This document shows positions 18,702 through 29,894 of a stretch of DNA of 64,000 nucleotides, in pieces (the first letter of the stretch is position 1; the number at the start of each line of letters is the position of its first letter). Source of the DNA: an uncultured Flavobacteriales bacterium (lineage in GTDB: Bacteria > Bacteroidota > Bacteroidia > CAIKAF01); assembly GCA_903825395.1 (NCBI GenBank), contig CAIKAF010000021.1, forward strand, positions 25,927-89,926. The letters are read 5' to 3'. The notes beneath the pieces are model-generated. The model worked only from the letters and a program-made list of their open reading frames with translations. It made no database searches and was not told the DNA's origin. Position numbers and translations under genes: made by a program.

Positions 18702-20126
18702 TCAAGGCTTAAATGCTTTTAACCGCCATTTTTTAGATGTTATAAAGTACAATCCTTCTGGAAGAGAATACCTGGGATGTACGCTGATTTTCTCTCCATA
18801 AACACCGAATGAAAATGGGATTTGAGTCCCTCGGATATCCAACAACTGTAGGTCAGCCTCGCTAAAGTTCACCTCTGACCTGTTAATTTCCCAAGCCTGT
18901 AAGCCCCGATTCCAAACGGGAAAATCAGAATTTAATTTCACCATTTCCGTCTGCAATAATGCACTGAATCGACCCTGTAAATCCATCATTGAATCGGGCT
19001 GTACTTTCCAAATAAAATGCCGCTGGTTTAGGCTCCCAGAGGCATACATTTCTCCATTGGGCCGAAGCAGCAATCCATACGAAATGCCTATATATGGGAA
19101 ATTTAAACTGCTGTATCGTCCTCCTGAAAACGATTTATCCATTTTGATTATGTAAGGATTAATCGGCGAGCCCGGATAAAAGCTCGTGCTATAACCTGAA
19201 ACGAGCAGGGAGTCATCAGAAGTACAAACCAACGAGAATCCGGCTTCAGTACCTGTCCCGCCAAAATAACCCCACCGTTGCACATTTCCCTGTGTAGAGG
19301 TAGAAACAAGGAAGATGTCAAATGCTGGACCAGAATTGGTTGTAGATTCCCCGGCCATAAAAACCCTTCCTGCAGCATCAATCTCCAACACATAGTTGCC
19401 ATTGGCATTGGCATCTGAAATCAGGCTATCGCTAAGCCATTGTCCTTGGCTATCAATAAAAGCAAGATAATTTCCATACGAACTGGTTTCAAAATCACCC
19501 GAAATTGCCCAGGCTTGTTTTCCTGAATGCCACCGTATTCCATGCCCAACATCATTCAAAGGCCCACCCAGCGTCCGTTCCCACTCCAGATTCCCCAACG
19601 AATCCAATTGGCCAATCCATATATCGCTGCTGTTGTTTTGTCCAGAAGTTCGGTAGCCAACAAACCCTATTTTTCCTTGTGGTCCTATGCTGCTTCGCTT
19701 TATGCTGGATGAACCAAAAAATACAGGGAATTCTACAGATTTAATGGTGTCACCTTGTGTATCAAACCAAATCAATACTCCTACCGAATTGCCGGAAGGT
19801 AAATAATACCCACCACAGCCTAAAAACTCAGCTCCATTGGGCAACGGCTCTATTGTGCCTGGAAATGCAGGCCCCGGAAATAGATAGCGTTTGGAACTTA
19901 ACACATTTAAGGCGGTATCTACCTGATAGCTGACAAATGCATCCTGTGCATTGGCATCGCTGCGCTCTGTTCCAAAAAAAAGAAATGTACTTTGGCTCGA
20001 ATTCCAAACCATATTGCGCCCCTGACAAAATCCTTGGTCCGGTCCAAAAAAAACTGTCTGGCTGCTCAAGCTTAGGCTAAAACAGCATAAGATTAAATTA
20101 AAACGGACAACCAAGGTTGAATTCAT
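18702..20126 (-). CDS. Secreted beta-propeller-like protein with a degenerate T9SS C-terminal domain
   Basis: Signal peptide, repeated 'LD..G...W....GG' blades and C-terminal 'DIRG....LPEGLYFI'. Confidence 0.6.
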   Translation of the reverse strand: MNSTLVVRFNLILCCFSLSLSSQTVFFGPDQGFCQGRNMVWNSSQSTFLFFGTERSDANAQDAFVSYQVDTALNVLSSKRYLFPGPAFPGTIEPLPNGAEFLGCGGYYLPSGNSVGVLIWFDTQGDTIKSVEFPVFFGSSSIKRSSIGPQGKIGFVGYRTSGQNNSSDIWIGQLDSLGNLEWERTLGGPLNDVGHGIRWHSGKQAWAISGDFETSSYGNYLAFIDSQGQWLSDSLISDANANGNYVLEIDAAGRVFMAGESTTNSGPAFDIFLVSTSTQGNVQRWGYFGGTGTEAGFSLVCTSDDSLLVSGYSTSFYPGSPINPYIIKMDKSFSGGRYSSLNFPYIGISYGLLLRPNGEMYASGSLNQRHFIWKVQPDSMMDLQGRFSALLQTEMVKLNSDFPVWNRGLQAWEINRSEVNFSEADLQLLDIRGTQIPFSFGVYGEKISVHPRYSLPEGLYFITSKKWRLKAFKP

Positions 20127-20887
20127 GGGTTAGAGCTGCAATGTGTACTGATGCCAAATACAAAGTTTTCGATGGCCTGAATGGTTGGAGCAACTTCAGA
20201 CCCAATAAAACCACGAATATCAGAGTTGGAAAATTCAGCCCTGTATTTAGCCAAAAATGGACTGGATAAAGGCAAATAGCTCCAATGCCATTTTTCTTCT
20301 TCATATCCCGTCCGCTGCCCGTCCACCTTGGAAGAGTAAACCTGGCAAAAACCAAAATGCGCCGCATGTGTTTTTAACCACTCGTACACTCCACATCCTT
20401 CTTTTGTTTTAAAATAGGCATCATCAACGCTATTTATATCCAAATCTGTACCCCAATGATGCCTTGATGTTCCAGGCATGCTAGAGTATTTCATAATGAG
20501 CAATGCCTTTTGCTCGGCATTCAATCTCGATTTGGCCAAATTCCTGCCTTCAACTTTTCGTTCTCCTGTCCATTTGGCTTCCCATATTCTTTTTTGCCGA
20601 TCAAAATTTCGAATCCCACTAACAACCCTCAAAAAAACGCCTTCTTTTGCTGCCGAATCTGCCATCTTCAAAAAGGCAACAACCACCTCTTTTCTCAACC
20701 GTTGTTCACCCTCACTGCATTTGGAAGGAAGCAATAGAAATTGATCAGGAAAGGACAATGGCTCAAATTTCCCCATCAGGTAATCCCTAGCCGGGATTCC
20801 TACAAATATTGAATCCATGGAATCTTGTGCCCCCAATGATATCGAGGAAAAAAGACATCCAAAAAGCAAAACAATGCTATACTTCAT
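20123..20887 (-). CDS. M15B D-alanyl-D-alanine carboxypeptidase (VanY-like)
   Basis: SGIR..RQ, PGTSRHHWGTDLD and EEKWHWSY motifs; signal peptide from ATG at 20887. Confidence 0.88.
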   Translation of the reverse strand: MKYSIVLLFGCLFSSISLGAQDSMDSIFVGIPARDYLMGKFEPLSFPDQFLLLPSKCSEGEQRLRKEVVVAFLKMADSAAKEGVFLRVVSGIRNFDRQKRIWEAKWTGERKVEGRNLAKSRLNAEQKALLIMKYSSMPGTSRHHWGTDLDINSVDDAYFKTKEGCGVYEWLKTHAAHFGFCQVYSSKVDGQRTGYEEEKWHWSYLPLSSPFLAKYRAEFSNSDIRGFIGSEVAPTIQAIENFVFGISTHCSSNP

Positions 20888-20926
20888 GCGGTAAAGATGA
20901 GAATTCTTTGAGTTACCTTTGACTTC

Positions 20927-22375
20927 ATGCGGTTTAAGATAGAGTTTTTTTCGCCTTATTTCAAGCATACCTTGGGAATAATTCTCGGGATAGGATTCGC
21001 CGGTTTATGGGGTTGCAATCCAGATGCGACCACACCCGATGAGGAATCTACCCCGTTTGACTATAGCACTGTGGTGTCAATGCATCCAGACACGAATCTC
21101 CGTCCGGAATTCCAATGGATAAGTTCTTACCGCCTCCCTTTCTCAAAATATGGATTTGATTTTGCTTTTGACGGGGATTCTCAATCCTATTGGAGTACAC
21201 TTCCTGGCTTGAATCATTTGGAGGGTTTTGAGTGGACCTTTGAAACACCCGTTCAAGGTGCCAAGTTTCGGATTGGGTGGATGGAGGGCGATATGTTCTC
21301 TAAACCATCAAGGATCCTTTGTTTTACCGACCGAGGTGGAATAGAGGCCTATGTAAACACTTGGATAACTCTTCCAGATTCAATTCGGAAATTAAAATTG
21401 GTGTTTCTTCTAGATAACCAGTGGAGTAGGGTAGCCTTGGCATTGAACAATTCCCCTTTTTCATCTCAAGCGCGTGTAAAAAAAGGATTGGCGACCCTTT
21501 TTGAGTCCAAGCCCATAGGTATATCGGAAATTGAGTTTACTGTTGCAAATAAAAAAACAGCTCCCTTTAAAACTACAGACGGGTTTGTCCGAATCACCGA
21601 GCAACCCTCATCCGATGAGCGCTTTTCCTTAAACGACGGTCGAGAGTATTCAGGGATTGAATTAAACTCCTTGGTTAAAGAACGTCGAATATTTATTCAG
21701 TTTCCAGATTTAAGGGCCTTTCTAGGCTTCAGAGTTAAAGGTGAATCCGCATCTCCCTCCTGCGTTCAGCTTATTTGGCATAAGCCCAATGGATCAAGTC
21801 AAATATCCTATTTAAATACGGGTACAGTAGAACATAAATTCACCTTTGATACAGTAGCGACAAAAAACCTTTCTTTTACAGCTACTCTGCTTGAGGGAGA
21901 GTCCATCAACCTCATGGAATTTGATTTTTGGGACGGAGCAAAATGGTATAGAATTCAGGAAGATTCGCTTCAATTTAAGGCTCATTCCAGCAAATGGATG
22001 AGGTCTACTCCTCCAGATTGGCCACTAAATAAGGCCATTTGGTTTGATGAGGCTTGGTCCAAATCCGTTCCTGAAGCTCCCGATTGGGAAACGGAACGCG
22101 ATGCCACTGTGTCAGGCAGTTCAGGTCAGTGGGTGCAAGCGCTTTTTCGAGGAAATGGAACGTTTGATCTTTTGTGGAGTAGCTCTTCAAATGGAGATTC
22201 ATTCCCGTATTCCATGTATTCTGGTTCTTGGAACTGGACCGATAATGGGTTAAAATTAACCGGTTACTTCTGGACAGAAAACGGCAGACAAGAATTAAAT
22301 ACCATCTATCAACTTCAAGGCAAACGGCTCATCCCAGCATCACCCAATTTGCCTGAATTTGAATTCAGTTATTGA
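20927..22375 (+). CDS. Hypothetical lipoprotein with discoidin (F5/8)-like segments
   Basis: Lipobox LWGC, 'AFDGDSQSYWS' and 'ISEIEF'. Confidence 0.55.
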   Translation: MRFKIEFFSPYFKHTLGIILGIGFAGLWGCNPDATTPDEESTPFDYSTVVSMHPDTNLRPEFQWISSYRLPFSKYGFDFAFDGDSQSYWSTLPGLNHLEGFEWTFETPVQGAKFRIGWMEGDMFSKPSRILCFTDRGGIEAYVNTWITLPDSIRKLKLVFLLDNQWSRVALALNNSPFSSQARVKKGLATLFESKPIGISEIEFTVANKKTAPFKTTDGFVRITEQPSSDERFSLNDGREYSGIELNSLVKERRIFIQFPDLRAFLGFRVKGESASPSCVQLIWHKPNGSSQISYLNTGTVEHKFTFDTVATKNLSFTATLLEGESINLMEFDFWDGAKWYRIQEDSLQFKAHSSKWMRSTPPDWPLNKAIWFDEAWSKSVPEAPDWETERDATVSGSSGQWVQALFRGNGTFDLLWSSSSNGDSFPYSMYSGSWNWTDNGLKLTGYFWTENGRQELNTIYQLQGKRLIPASPNLPEFEFSY

Positions 22376-22379
22376 TTTC

Positions 22380-24305
22380 TTATTTATTCCGACGGCCCTG
22401 TCTGTTTTTAGGTGCTGATTGCTGTTTCACCTGTTGTTCCCTCATTTTCTGCGCATCTTCTAGCCGCTGCATCCATTTGCTCTTCTTTTGAGGCTTTGCC
22501 TTATGGGCTTCCATCTTCAACCGAAGTTTGTTTTCATCAATAAACAAATATCGAATGGCCAAATAAATTAGAATGGAAACGACATTGGAAAGAAAATAGT
22601 AGTAATTCAAACCGGCACTATAGCTATTTAAAACCCCCAGAAAGACAATCGGCATGATGTACATCATTATTTTCATCTGCTGCATGTTCGCACCGGTTTG
22701 CATTTGAGAACTATTCAAATGAGTGTACAATATGGTAGTAGCAGTCATCAATAAGGTAAACAAGCTTACATGTGAACCATAAAACGGGATTTCAAACGGC
22801 AGGTTTAAAATGCTGTCGTACGTGGATAAATCCTCAGCCCACAAAAAACCCTGTTGCCTAAGTTCAATGGCAGAAGGGAAAAAGCTAAACATCGCCAGTA
22901 AAAAAGGCATTTGAACCAGCATGGGTAAACAACCCGCCAATGGATTCACCCCCGCTTGCCGATACAATTGCATTACGGCCTGTTGCTTCTTAATGGCTTC
23001 ATCGGGTTTGAATTTGGCATTTAATTCATCCAATTCAGGTTTTAATAACCTGATTTTTGCTGAAGAAACGAACATCTTAAAATTAAGCGGGGAAAGCAAT
23101 AATTTGATTATCAGGGTAAGCAATAAAATAATTAACCCATAGCCCAATCCCAGCTGCTCAAAGAAATTGAAAACGGGAATAACCAAGTACTTATTAATCA
23201 TTGAAAATAGGCCAATATACCCTAGGTCAATTTGCTCCTCCAATCCAATATTCATCGCCGACAGCGTCTGAAAATGCAACGGGGAAAAAATCCACTCCAT
23301 CGAAACTGACGAATTTGGAGCATAAGAGTAGGGAACAGACAAAAATGCTGTATACCCAATGTTCACACTGCTATCAGCCCAAGCTGGAATTTTGGTTTCA
23401 GCTTGTACTGGCCGCTTGAAAAGACCATTTTTAATGACTAAGGCATTGCAAAAAAATTGCTGTTTGAACGAAATCCATTCTACAGCCTCATCAATTTGCT
23501 CTGAATTCTCTCCCCCTCTTCCAATTCTAGACACAGACCCACTCTCCGTTTTATAGTATACGGTAGAAGTCGCTCGTTCGTTGGATAAATTCAATTCTTG
23601 TCTCGGTGCGATTTGAGTCCATTTCAAAGGCATATCGCTCTGTCCACGATCAACAATCGACTCCAAACCTACCATGCTTAATTCAACCCCTAATGAATAG
23701 CCCGCGGAAACCAACGAATACCTCCATTGAATATAACCCGTGGAATCATTGGTGTACGCTCTTAAAACCAATTCTTTATCTGTCTGACTATGAATAGCAA
23801 AGAATAAATCCTTGGTTTGTATCCTTTGATTGGCATGATAAAATTCCAAATCCAGAGCCGCAGAATCGTTCAAAATCAAATCCAAATCGGTTTTCTTGGA
23901 TTGGTTTTCTAAAAAACGATTTTTGTAGGTCTGCTCTCCCCGAATCTTGGCTGAAATTAATGAGCCACCTTTTGAGCTGAATGTTAAATGGATGGATTCA
24001 TTCCCAAGGCTTGCCGTTTGAGGCTTTCCATTGGCAGAACTTGTAAATTCCCCGAATTTCTTTTGCAATACAGGATCCACCACATTGGAATCCATTCCCT
24101 GCTCCATTGTATCAGAATTCACCGAGGGTGCAGCAGCCAAAAGCACACTGTCTCGTTCAGACTTGACAGAAATAGAACTGGCTGAAATGCTAGTGTCTTT
24201 ACCCTTAGCAGGAAGTTTTTCGGTTTTTGGAGTGTTGAAAATCAGAAAATAGGCCATCATTAGGCCACTGATCAAAAATAAACCGATTAATTGTCTTTTG
24301 TCCAT
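22380..24305 (-). CDS. yidC: Membrane protein insertase YidC
   Basis: N-terminal TM, large periplasmic domain, GVNPLAGCLP and FLWAEDLS. Confidence 0.96.
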   Translation of the reverse strand: MDKRQLIGLFLISGLMMAYFLIFNTPKTEKLPAKGKDTSISASSISVKSERDSVLLAAAPSVNSDTMEQGMDSNVVDPVLQKKFGEFTSSANGKPQTASLGNESIHLTFSSKGGSLISAKIRGEQTYKNRFLENQSKKTDLDLILNDSAALDLEFYHANQRIQTKDLFFAIHSQTDKELVLRAYTNDSTGYIQWRYSLVSAGYSLGVELSMVGLESIVDRGQSDMPLKWTQIAPRQELNLSNERATSTVYYKTESGSVSRIGRGGENSEQIDEAVEWISFKQQFFCNALVIKNGLFKRPVQAETKIPAWADSSVNIGYTAFLSVPYSYAPNSSVSMEWIFSPLHFQTLSAMNIGLEEQIDLGYIGLFSMINKYLVIPVFNFFEQLGLGYGLIILLLTLIIKLLLSPLNFKMFVSSAKIRLLKPELDELNAKFKPDEAIKKQQAVMQLYRQAGVNPLAGCLPMLVQMPFLLAMFSFFPSAIELRQQGFLWAEDLSTYDSILNLPFEIPFYGSHVSLFTLLMTATTILYTHLNSSQMQTGANMQQMKIMMYIMPIVFLGVLNSYSAGLNYYYFLSNVVSILIYLAIRYLFIDENKLRLKMEAHKAKPQKKSKWMQRLEDAQKMREQQVKQQSAPKNRQGRRNK

Positions 24306-24327
24306 TTGAGTTATTGCTGGAGGTTGG

Positions 24328-24494
24328 CAAAGGTAGGCCTTTGTACCAAAAGTCCCAACCTAAATCGTAAAGGAGTTCCCCCAATCCTTACATTTCATTG
24401 ATTTGCTCAACTAAGTGCGAATTTGAAATTAAATGCCCACTCAGGAATTGTTTTTAAACTTCCTTGGTGTTTAGGCCATTCCGTGCTACATTTG
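24328..24494. promoter_or_regulatory. Divergent -7 promoters for yidC (-) and the TonB receptor (+)
   Basis: TACCTTTG on minus at 24335-24328; TACATTTG on plus at 24487-24494. Confidence 0.6.
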
Positions 24495-24510
24495 ACTTCA
24501 TTTTTTTTCC

Positions 24511-26820
24511 ATGAAGCAAGCAGTTTGGTTTATTATTGGTTGGTGCCTTAGCCTATCGTCTATCGCTCAAAATTTAGCCACGGTAAAAGGCATCGTTCAA
24601 CAAACCAATACTCGAGAAGCCGTACCCTTTGCCTCGATTTCGATTAAAGAAAAATCCATTGGTACTACTTCAGATAACAATGGCTTTTTCTCCATCACCA
24701 AATTACCAGCCGGGAAATACACCTTGATTATTTCCGCCGTTGGATTCGAAACTTGGTCACAAGAAATCCAACTCAATCCAGACCAAATCCTTCAGGTTCG
24801 TCCCATGTTGGGCAATAAAACAACGGTCATTAAAGGGTTTGATTATACAGATGATCGCATTCAAGAAAAGCGAGAAAATACAGGAGTTTCAGTCATCAAA
24901 ATTTCACCAGAAGAAATGAAACGCATGCCTTCCTATGGGGGAGAGGCCGACGTTGCTCAAATGATGCAAATCATTCCGGGTGTAATTACAACAGGAGACC
25001 AGGGCGGTCAATTGTTCATCCGCGGCGGCCCTCCGGTTCAAAACAAAATGCTAATGGATGGAGCGGTTATTTACAATCCTTTTCACAGCATCGGCTTTTT
25101 CTCTGTATTCGATACGGATGTTCTAAGCAACATGGACGTATATGCAGGAGGCTTTTCTGCAGAATATGGAGGCAGAATCAGTTCCATCATGGACTTAAGT
25201 ACCCGAGACGGCAACCGAACCCGCTTGTCAGGGCGTGCAAATATCAACACCTTCACCGGAAAATTGATGCTTGAAGGACCTATGGGTAGGCTCAAAGATG
25301 GCGCAGCCAATGCCACTTTTTTACTTAGTGGTAAAGGTTCTTTCTTAAAACAAAGCTCGCAGGTGTTTTATCCGTATGCAGATAGCATCGGACTGCCCTT
25401 TAACTTTTTTGATGGGTACGGCAAAATGACCTTGTATGTTGGCAATAATGGTTCCAAATTGAATTTCTTTGGCTTTAGCCACAACGATTGGGTTACCTTT
25501 AATGAATCCTCTGATTTACAATGGAAGTCTGGTGGGGGTGGAGCCAATTTCTTTATCATTCCCGGCGAGGCCAATGTAAATATTGACGGCGTTTTCAGCT
25601 ATTCCAATTATGAAATTGGACTGACTGAATCTGTAACCCAACCCCGCAGTTCATCCATCAACGGATTTAACTTCAATGTCAATTTTCACCAATATTATGG
25701 TACCAACCGATTGACCTATGGGGTTGAAGCCAGTGGCTTCCAAACCAATTTTGACTATGTAAACGGTCAGTATAGAGAAATTAAACAACAGGACAATACC
25801 ACCGAGTTTGCCGCTTTTACTCGGTATAAGTTTATGGTTGGGCGGTTTATTTTTGATCCGAGTTTCCGAATACACTACTACGCCTCAATGGCTGAAGTGT
25901 CACCAGAACCCAGATTGTCAATTAAATACAACATCAGTGAACATTTTCGCTTGAAAATGGCCGGTGGATGGTATTCTCAAAACCTGATTGCAGCCAACTC
26001 CGACCGAGATGTAGTCAATTTATTTTACGGGTTTTTATCTGCCGGTGGAAGTATTGGATTATCAGACAATTTTCAGGGCGAACAACTGCAAAGCGATTTG
26101 CAAAAAGCCCGGCATGCCATTTTTGGAGCTGAATTCGAATTGTTCAAAAACATCGAATTCAACGTGGAAGGATATTACATGGACTTCTTCCAATTGATCA
26201 GCATGAACCGAGATAAACTCTATGAAGATACCCCCGGAAATTCTGCCATTCCCGATTATCAGAAAAAAGATTTGATTCGTGAAACAGGCTGGAGTGCCGG
26301 GTTAGATGTCCTGGTTAAAGCAGAGATAAAAAATTTATACCTATGGGTGGGCTACTCTTTAATGGCCCTTGAACGCTCCGATGAAGTTCGGGATTATGTT
26401 CCTCATTTTGACCGCCGGCACAATATGAATGTGGTCGCCTCATATCAATTTGGCAAAGACAAACAGTGGGAAATTAACGCCCGCTGGAATTTTGGAACTG
26501 GATTCCCTTTTACTCAAACCCAAGGCTTTTATGAAAATGTTGGGTTTGATGGAAATATTAATGGAGATTATACCAATCAAAATGGCGAACTGGGTGTTGA
26601 ATTAGGACAATTAAATTTGGGAAGGTTGCCCAATTATCACCGGCTGGACATCAACATTAAACGACGTTTTAATTTGGGCGAGAATACGAAATTGGAAGCC
26701 AATATCGGAGCTACCAATGTGTACAACCGAAACAACATTTTTTACGTAGATCGCATTACATTTAATAGGGTAGATCAATTGCCAATTATCCCTACTGTCG
26801 GATTAAATTTTGCTTTCTAA
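24511..26820 (+). CDS. TonB-dependent receptor with an N-terminal carboxypeptidase-regulatory-like domain
   Basis: Signal peptide, GTTSDNNGFF, plug motif PGV..IRGG..QN..LMDG, GGFSAEYGGR and terminal Phe. Confidence 0.9.
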   Translation: MKQAVWFIIGWCLSLSSIAQNLATVKGIVQQTNTREAVPFASISIKEKSIGTTSDNNGFFSITKLPAGKYTLIISAVGFETWSQEIQLNPDQILQVRPMLGNKTTVIKGFDYTDDRIQEKRENTGVSVIKISPEEMKRMPSYGGEADVAQMMQIIPGVITTGDQGGQLFIRGGPPVQNKMLMDGAVIYNPFHSIGFFSVFDTDVLSNMDVYAGGFSAEYGGRISSIMDLSTRDGNRTRLSGRANINTFTGKLMLEGPMGRLKDGAANATFLLSGKGSFLKQSSQVFYPYADSIGLPFNFFDGYGKMTLYVGNNGSKLNFFGFSHNDWVTFNESSDLQWKSGGGGANFFIIPGEANVNIDGVFSYSNYEIGLTESVTQPRSSSINGFNFNVNFHQYYGTNRLTYGVEASGFQTNFDYVNGQYREIKQQDNTTEFAAFTRYKFMVGRFIFDPSFRIHYYASMAEVSPEPRLSIKYNISEHFRLKMAGGWYSQNLIAANSDRDVVNLFYGFLSAGGSIGLSDNFQGEQLQSDLQKARHAIFGAEFELFKNIEFNVEGYYMDFFQLISMNRDKLYEDTPGNSAIPDYQKKDLIRETGWSAGLDVLVKAEIKNLYLWVGYSLMALERSDEVRDYVPHFDRRHNMNVVASYQFGKDKQWEINARWNFGTGFPFTQTQGFYENVGFDGNINGDYTNQNGELGVELGQLNLGRLPNYHRLDINIKRRFNLGENTKLEANIGATNVYNRNNIFYVDRITFNRVDQLPIIPTVGLNFAF

Positions 26821-29646
26821 ATGACTATAATCCAGAACATTCGAAATTTTACACACCGCATTTGTTCTGTTCTGGTTGTTGTTTTTCCGTTTTCCTTTGG
26901 CCTTGCTCAAGTTGAAGACAATTTTAACGCTCGAAGTCACGTTTGGGAACATTCTTCCAACAGTGCAGATTGGCTGCCTGGACAATTAATCGTAAAACTC
27001 ACCCAGAGCACCTGGAATCGGGTACAGGCGGACTCATCTTTCCGAAATTTAATCTTTCCCGTAGGTGCCTCTTATACCTTACTTTTTCCTGGTTTTATCC
27101 CCGAACCAAAGTCCGTTTACCCCAACGTGGCTCCAACAGACTTATCTCGCCTTATAGAAGTTCGCTTTCATGATTCAATTTCAGTTTGGAACTGGGCCTA
27201 CCGGTTAAATAAGTCTGGATTGGTAGAATATGCAGAACCCCGATTTAAGGTAAGTCCACTGCTCAACCCCAATGACCCAGGATATGGGTTTCAATGGCAA
27301 ATCCCTCATATCGGAGCCGATTCCGTTTGGTCCGTTAGTACCGGCGATACCACCACCATCATTGCCGTTGTGGATGGAGGAACCAATTTTAGCCATCCCG
27401 ATTTGCAGGCGAACATTGCCTACAACTATGCCGACCCCATCGATGGACTAGACAACGATGGAGATGGATACATTGATAACTTCAGAGGATGGGATACCGG
27501 CGACAATGACAACAATCCCAATTATACCCCAAATGACAGCTACAATTCAAATCATGGGGTTTTAATGAGCGGATACATCGCTGCCACACCCAACAATCAA
27601 ATTGGAATTGCCGGAATTGGATACCACACAAAATACCTTCCGGTAAAAATGGTAAAGTCAAACGAAGGATGGAGTCGGGGATATGAGGGCATTGTTTATG
27701 CCGCTCGCAAAGGTGCTCATTTTATAAATTGTTCTTGGGGAGGAACAACTCCAAGCTTGTTTGCTCAAGATGTTTTAAAATACGCCGTCTTAGACAAAGG
27801 CTGTGTTGTCTTTGCCGCAGCTGGAAATTCAAACAATCAAACCATTTTGTATCCATCGGGCTACGAATTAACGGTGAGCGTGGGAGCCAGTACCAATGCC
27901 AATGTAAAAAGCAGCGGATCATCGTTTTACAGGCAGGTGAATATTCATGCCCCTGGAGTAAACACCTATTCCACCACAGGAAACAGCTACGGGTATGGTA
28001 CAGGAACCAGCGATGCATCAGCCATTACTACAGGAGCCGCAGGATTGCTGCATGGAGCCCTTCAGAATTTTTCTCCGGCTCAAATTTCTGACATTCTTCT
28101 AAATCACGCCCTACCCACCGATACCATTGCGGCCAATGCTGCGTTTATCGAAAAAATGGGAGAGGGGAGGGTAGATTTAATTCGAGCCGCCTTTCAACCC
28201 AAAAGGGCAAGACTGCATTTCATGAAAAGAACTTGGAACGACAGCGATGCCGATGGTGTATTTCTTCCCGGAGATACCGTTTACCTTGGCGGAGAATCGC
28301 TGAATCGACTTTTAGGTGCCCATGCTTCATTGACCATGCGCGTTCAAGCCTTTTCGCCTCATGTACTTTGGATTGATTCGCTGGCTCAGCCCGGAGCCGT
28401 ACCTGGTGGAGGAACAATTTCACATCCGTGGAATGAATTTCGTTTTATCGTTGGTCCAAATTGCCCCAACAATCTACGCGTTCATTTTAGAGCAACCTAT
28501 ACCGATACTGCAAAGGTCGGTCAAACTGATTTTTACCTGTTTTTAAATCCTGAACAATACGACTGGACTGAAAATGAAATCCATATTTCCATTGGCGCAA
28601 CAGGTAGATTGGGTTTCTCAGATAATTCTACCTATCAAGGCATTGGCTGGAGAAGGGGAGAAGGACCCAATCAATTGTTAGAAACATTTTTTAATCCCAT
28701 GGGATTTTGGTTGGGAACCGCCAACCAAGTCATGAACCAAACCCTGAGTGCCCCTTTTACGGGCTGCTGCCCCTTAACCACTCAAAATCACTTCACGGCT
28801 ACACAGCCCATTTTTACGGAAAAAGTAGATGGATTTGGTCTTCGTAGAGTCGTTTCAACCTTTTCTGATAACCTTCAAAACCGTTGGAGCATTGAAAGAA
28901 GGGCGTATGGCGATACCCTAAACTGGTTGAAAGGCATCTTGATTCTGGAACATCAAGTTAAAAACATCTCGAATCAAATGGCCGGACCGGTGTATATGGG
29001 TTATTTTGCCGATCAAGATATGCCCGACACCAATTTTTCCAGGGCAAACAACGAAGCGGGATATTATGCCAACGGAAAAATGGGTTGGCAGCGCAATGCG
29101 AACAGTGGAATCGTTCAGGGTGTAGTGCTGTTGCAACCGGGCCCAATCCATTATTATGCGCTTGAATCTACCGGAACCGGTGGATCCATTCAAACCACCA
29201 ATGGTTTCACCGATGCCGAAAAGTGGACATTAATGCAAGGAGGGATAGCTCGGGCATATAGTCCGCCGGGCGATGCCTCTCAATATTTAGGCGGATCCAT
29301 CGATTCCATACGTCCCGGTAGCTGCGCCATTTTTAATTATGCCATTTTGAGCGCAGCATCATTGACTCAAGCACAACAAATGGCCGACAGTTTAATGCAA
29401 ACCTATCAGAAAACCACAAATGTTTGGACGGGGAAGGCATTAACCGACAACTGGCATGATCCAGTGAATTGGAGTCAGAACCGAGTTCCCGATGAAAAGG
29501 ACCGAGTGTACATTGTTCCATCCTTGTATACTATTGGAACAGATCCTGTGGTACATTCAGGTAACGCCAAGGCCGGCATGATTGAAACACGTTGTGGTGG
29601 AAAATTGACTGTCCAAACTCCCTGGCTATTGGAAGTTGGGCCTTAG
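26821..29646 (+). CDS. S8 family (subtilase) serine peptidase
   Basis: IAVVDGG, NHG, AAAGN and GTS motifs plus a DGLDNDGDGYIDN loop. Confidence 0.85.
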   Translation: MTIIQNIRNFTHRICSVLVVVFPFSFGLAQVEDNFNARSHVWEHSSNSADWLPGQLIVKLTQSTWNRVQADSSFRNLIFPVGASYTLLFPGFIPEPKSVYPNVAPTDLSRLIEVRFHDSISVWNWAYRLNKSGLVEYAEPRFKVSPLLNPNDPGYGFQWQIPHIGADSVWSVSTGDTTTIIAVVDGGTNFSHPDLQANIAYNYADPIDGLDNDGDGYIDNFRGWDTGDNDNNPNYTPNDSYNSNHGVLMSGYIAATPNNQIGIAGIGYHTKYLPVKMVKSNEGWSRGYEGIVYAARKGAHFINCSWGGTTPSLFAQDVLKYAVLDKGCVVFAAAGNSNNQTILYPSGYELTVSVGASTNANVKSSGSSFYRQVNIHAPGVNTYSTTGNSYGYGTGTSDASAITTGAAGLLHGALQNFSPAQISDILLNHALPTDTIAANAAFIEKMGEGRVDLIRAAFQPKRARLHFMKRTWNDSDADGVFLPGDTVYLGGESLNRLLGAHASLTMRVQAFSPHVLWIDSLAQPGAVPGGGTISHPWNEFRFIVGPNCPNNLRVHFRATYTDTAKVGQTDFYLFLNPEQYDWTENEIHISIGATGRLGFSDNSTYQGIGWRRGEGPNQLLETFFNPMGFWLGTANQVMNQTLSAPFTGCCPLTTQNHFTATQPIFTEKVDGFGLRRVVSTFSDNLQNRWSIERRAYGDTLNWLKGILILEHQVKNISNQMAGPVYMGYFADQDMPDTNFSRANNEAGYYANGKMGWQRNANSGIVQGVVLLQPGPIHYYALESTGTGGSIQTTNGFTDAEKWTLMQGGIARAYSPPGDASQYLGGSIDSIRPGSCAIFNYAILSAASLTQAQQMADSLMQTYQKTTNVWTGKALTDNWHDPVNWSQNRVPDEKDRVYIVPSLYTIGTDPVVHSGNAKAGMIETRCGGKLTVQTPWLLEVGP

Positions 29647-29686
29647 GCCGAGGTAAATACCAGCGATTTATGACTTGAGTTGGCTT

Positions 29687-29830
29687 GCGGGCGGGATTGA
29701 ACCGGGTAGCCCGCAAAGCCAAAGGCCCGCTTGGGCGCTAGCCATGCCGGGCGACCTTGGGAGCCACGGCAGGGCAGCAGCCCAAGGGCCTTTGGATGCG
29801 GACTACCGGTGAAAGCCCGAAATCCCGCCC
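29687..29830 (-). repeat. Constant-length hairpin element, copy 3
   Basis: Reverse complement: GGGCGGG..CGGGCTTTC..GGTAG...GGC-TCCCAAGGTC-GCC...CTACC..TCAATCCCGCCCGC. Arms CCAAAGGCCC/GGGCCTTTGG. Confidence 0.9.
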
Positions 29831-29894
29831 AAAATCGAATGCTTTTTCAAATGAGAGGAAAAAAGTGGAATGTGGCCGAGAATGGAAACACACT

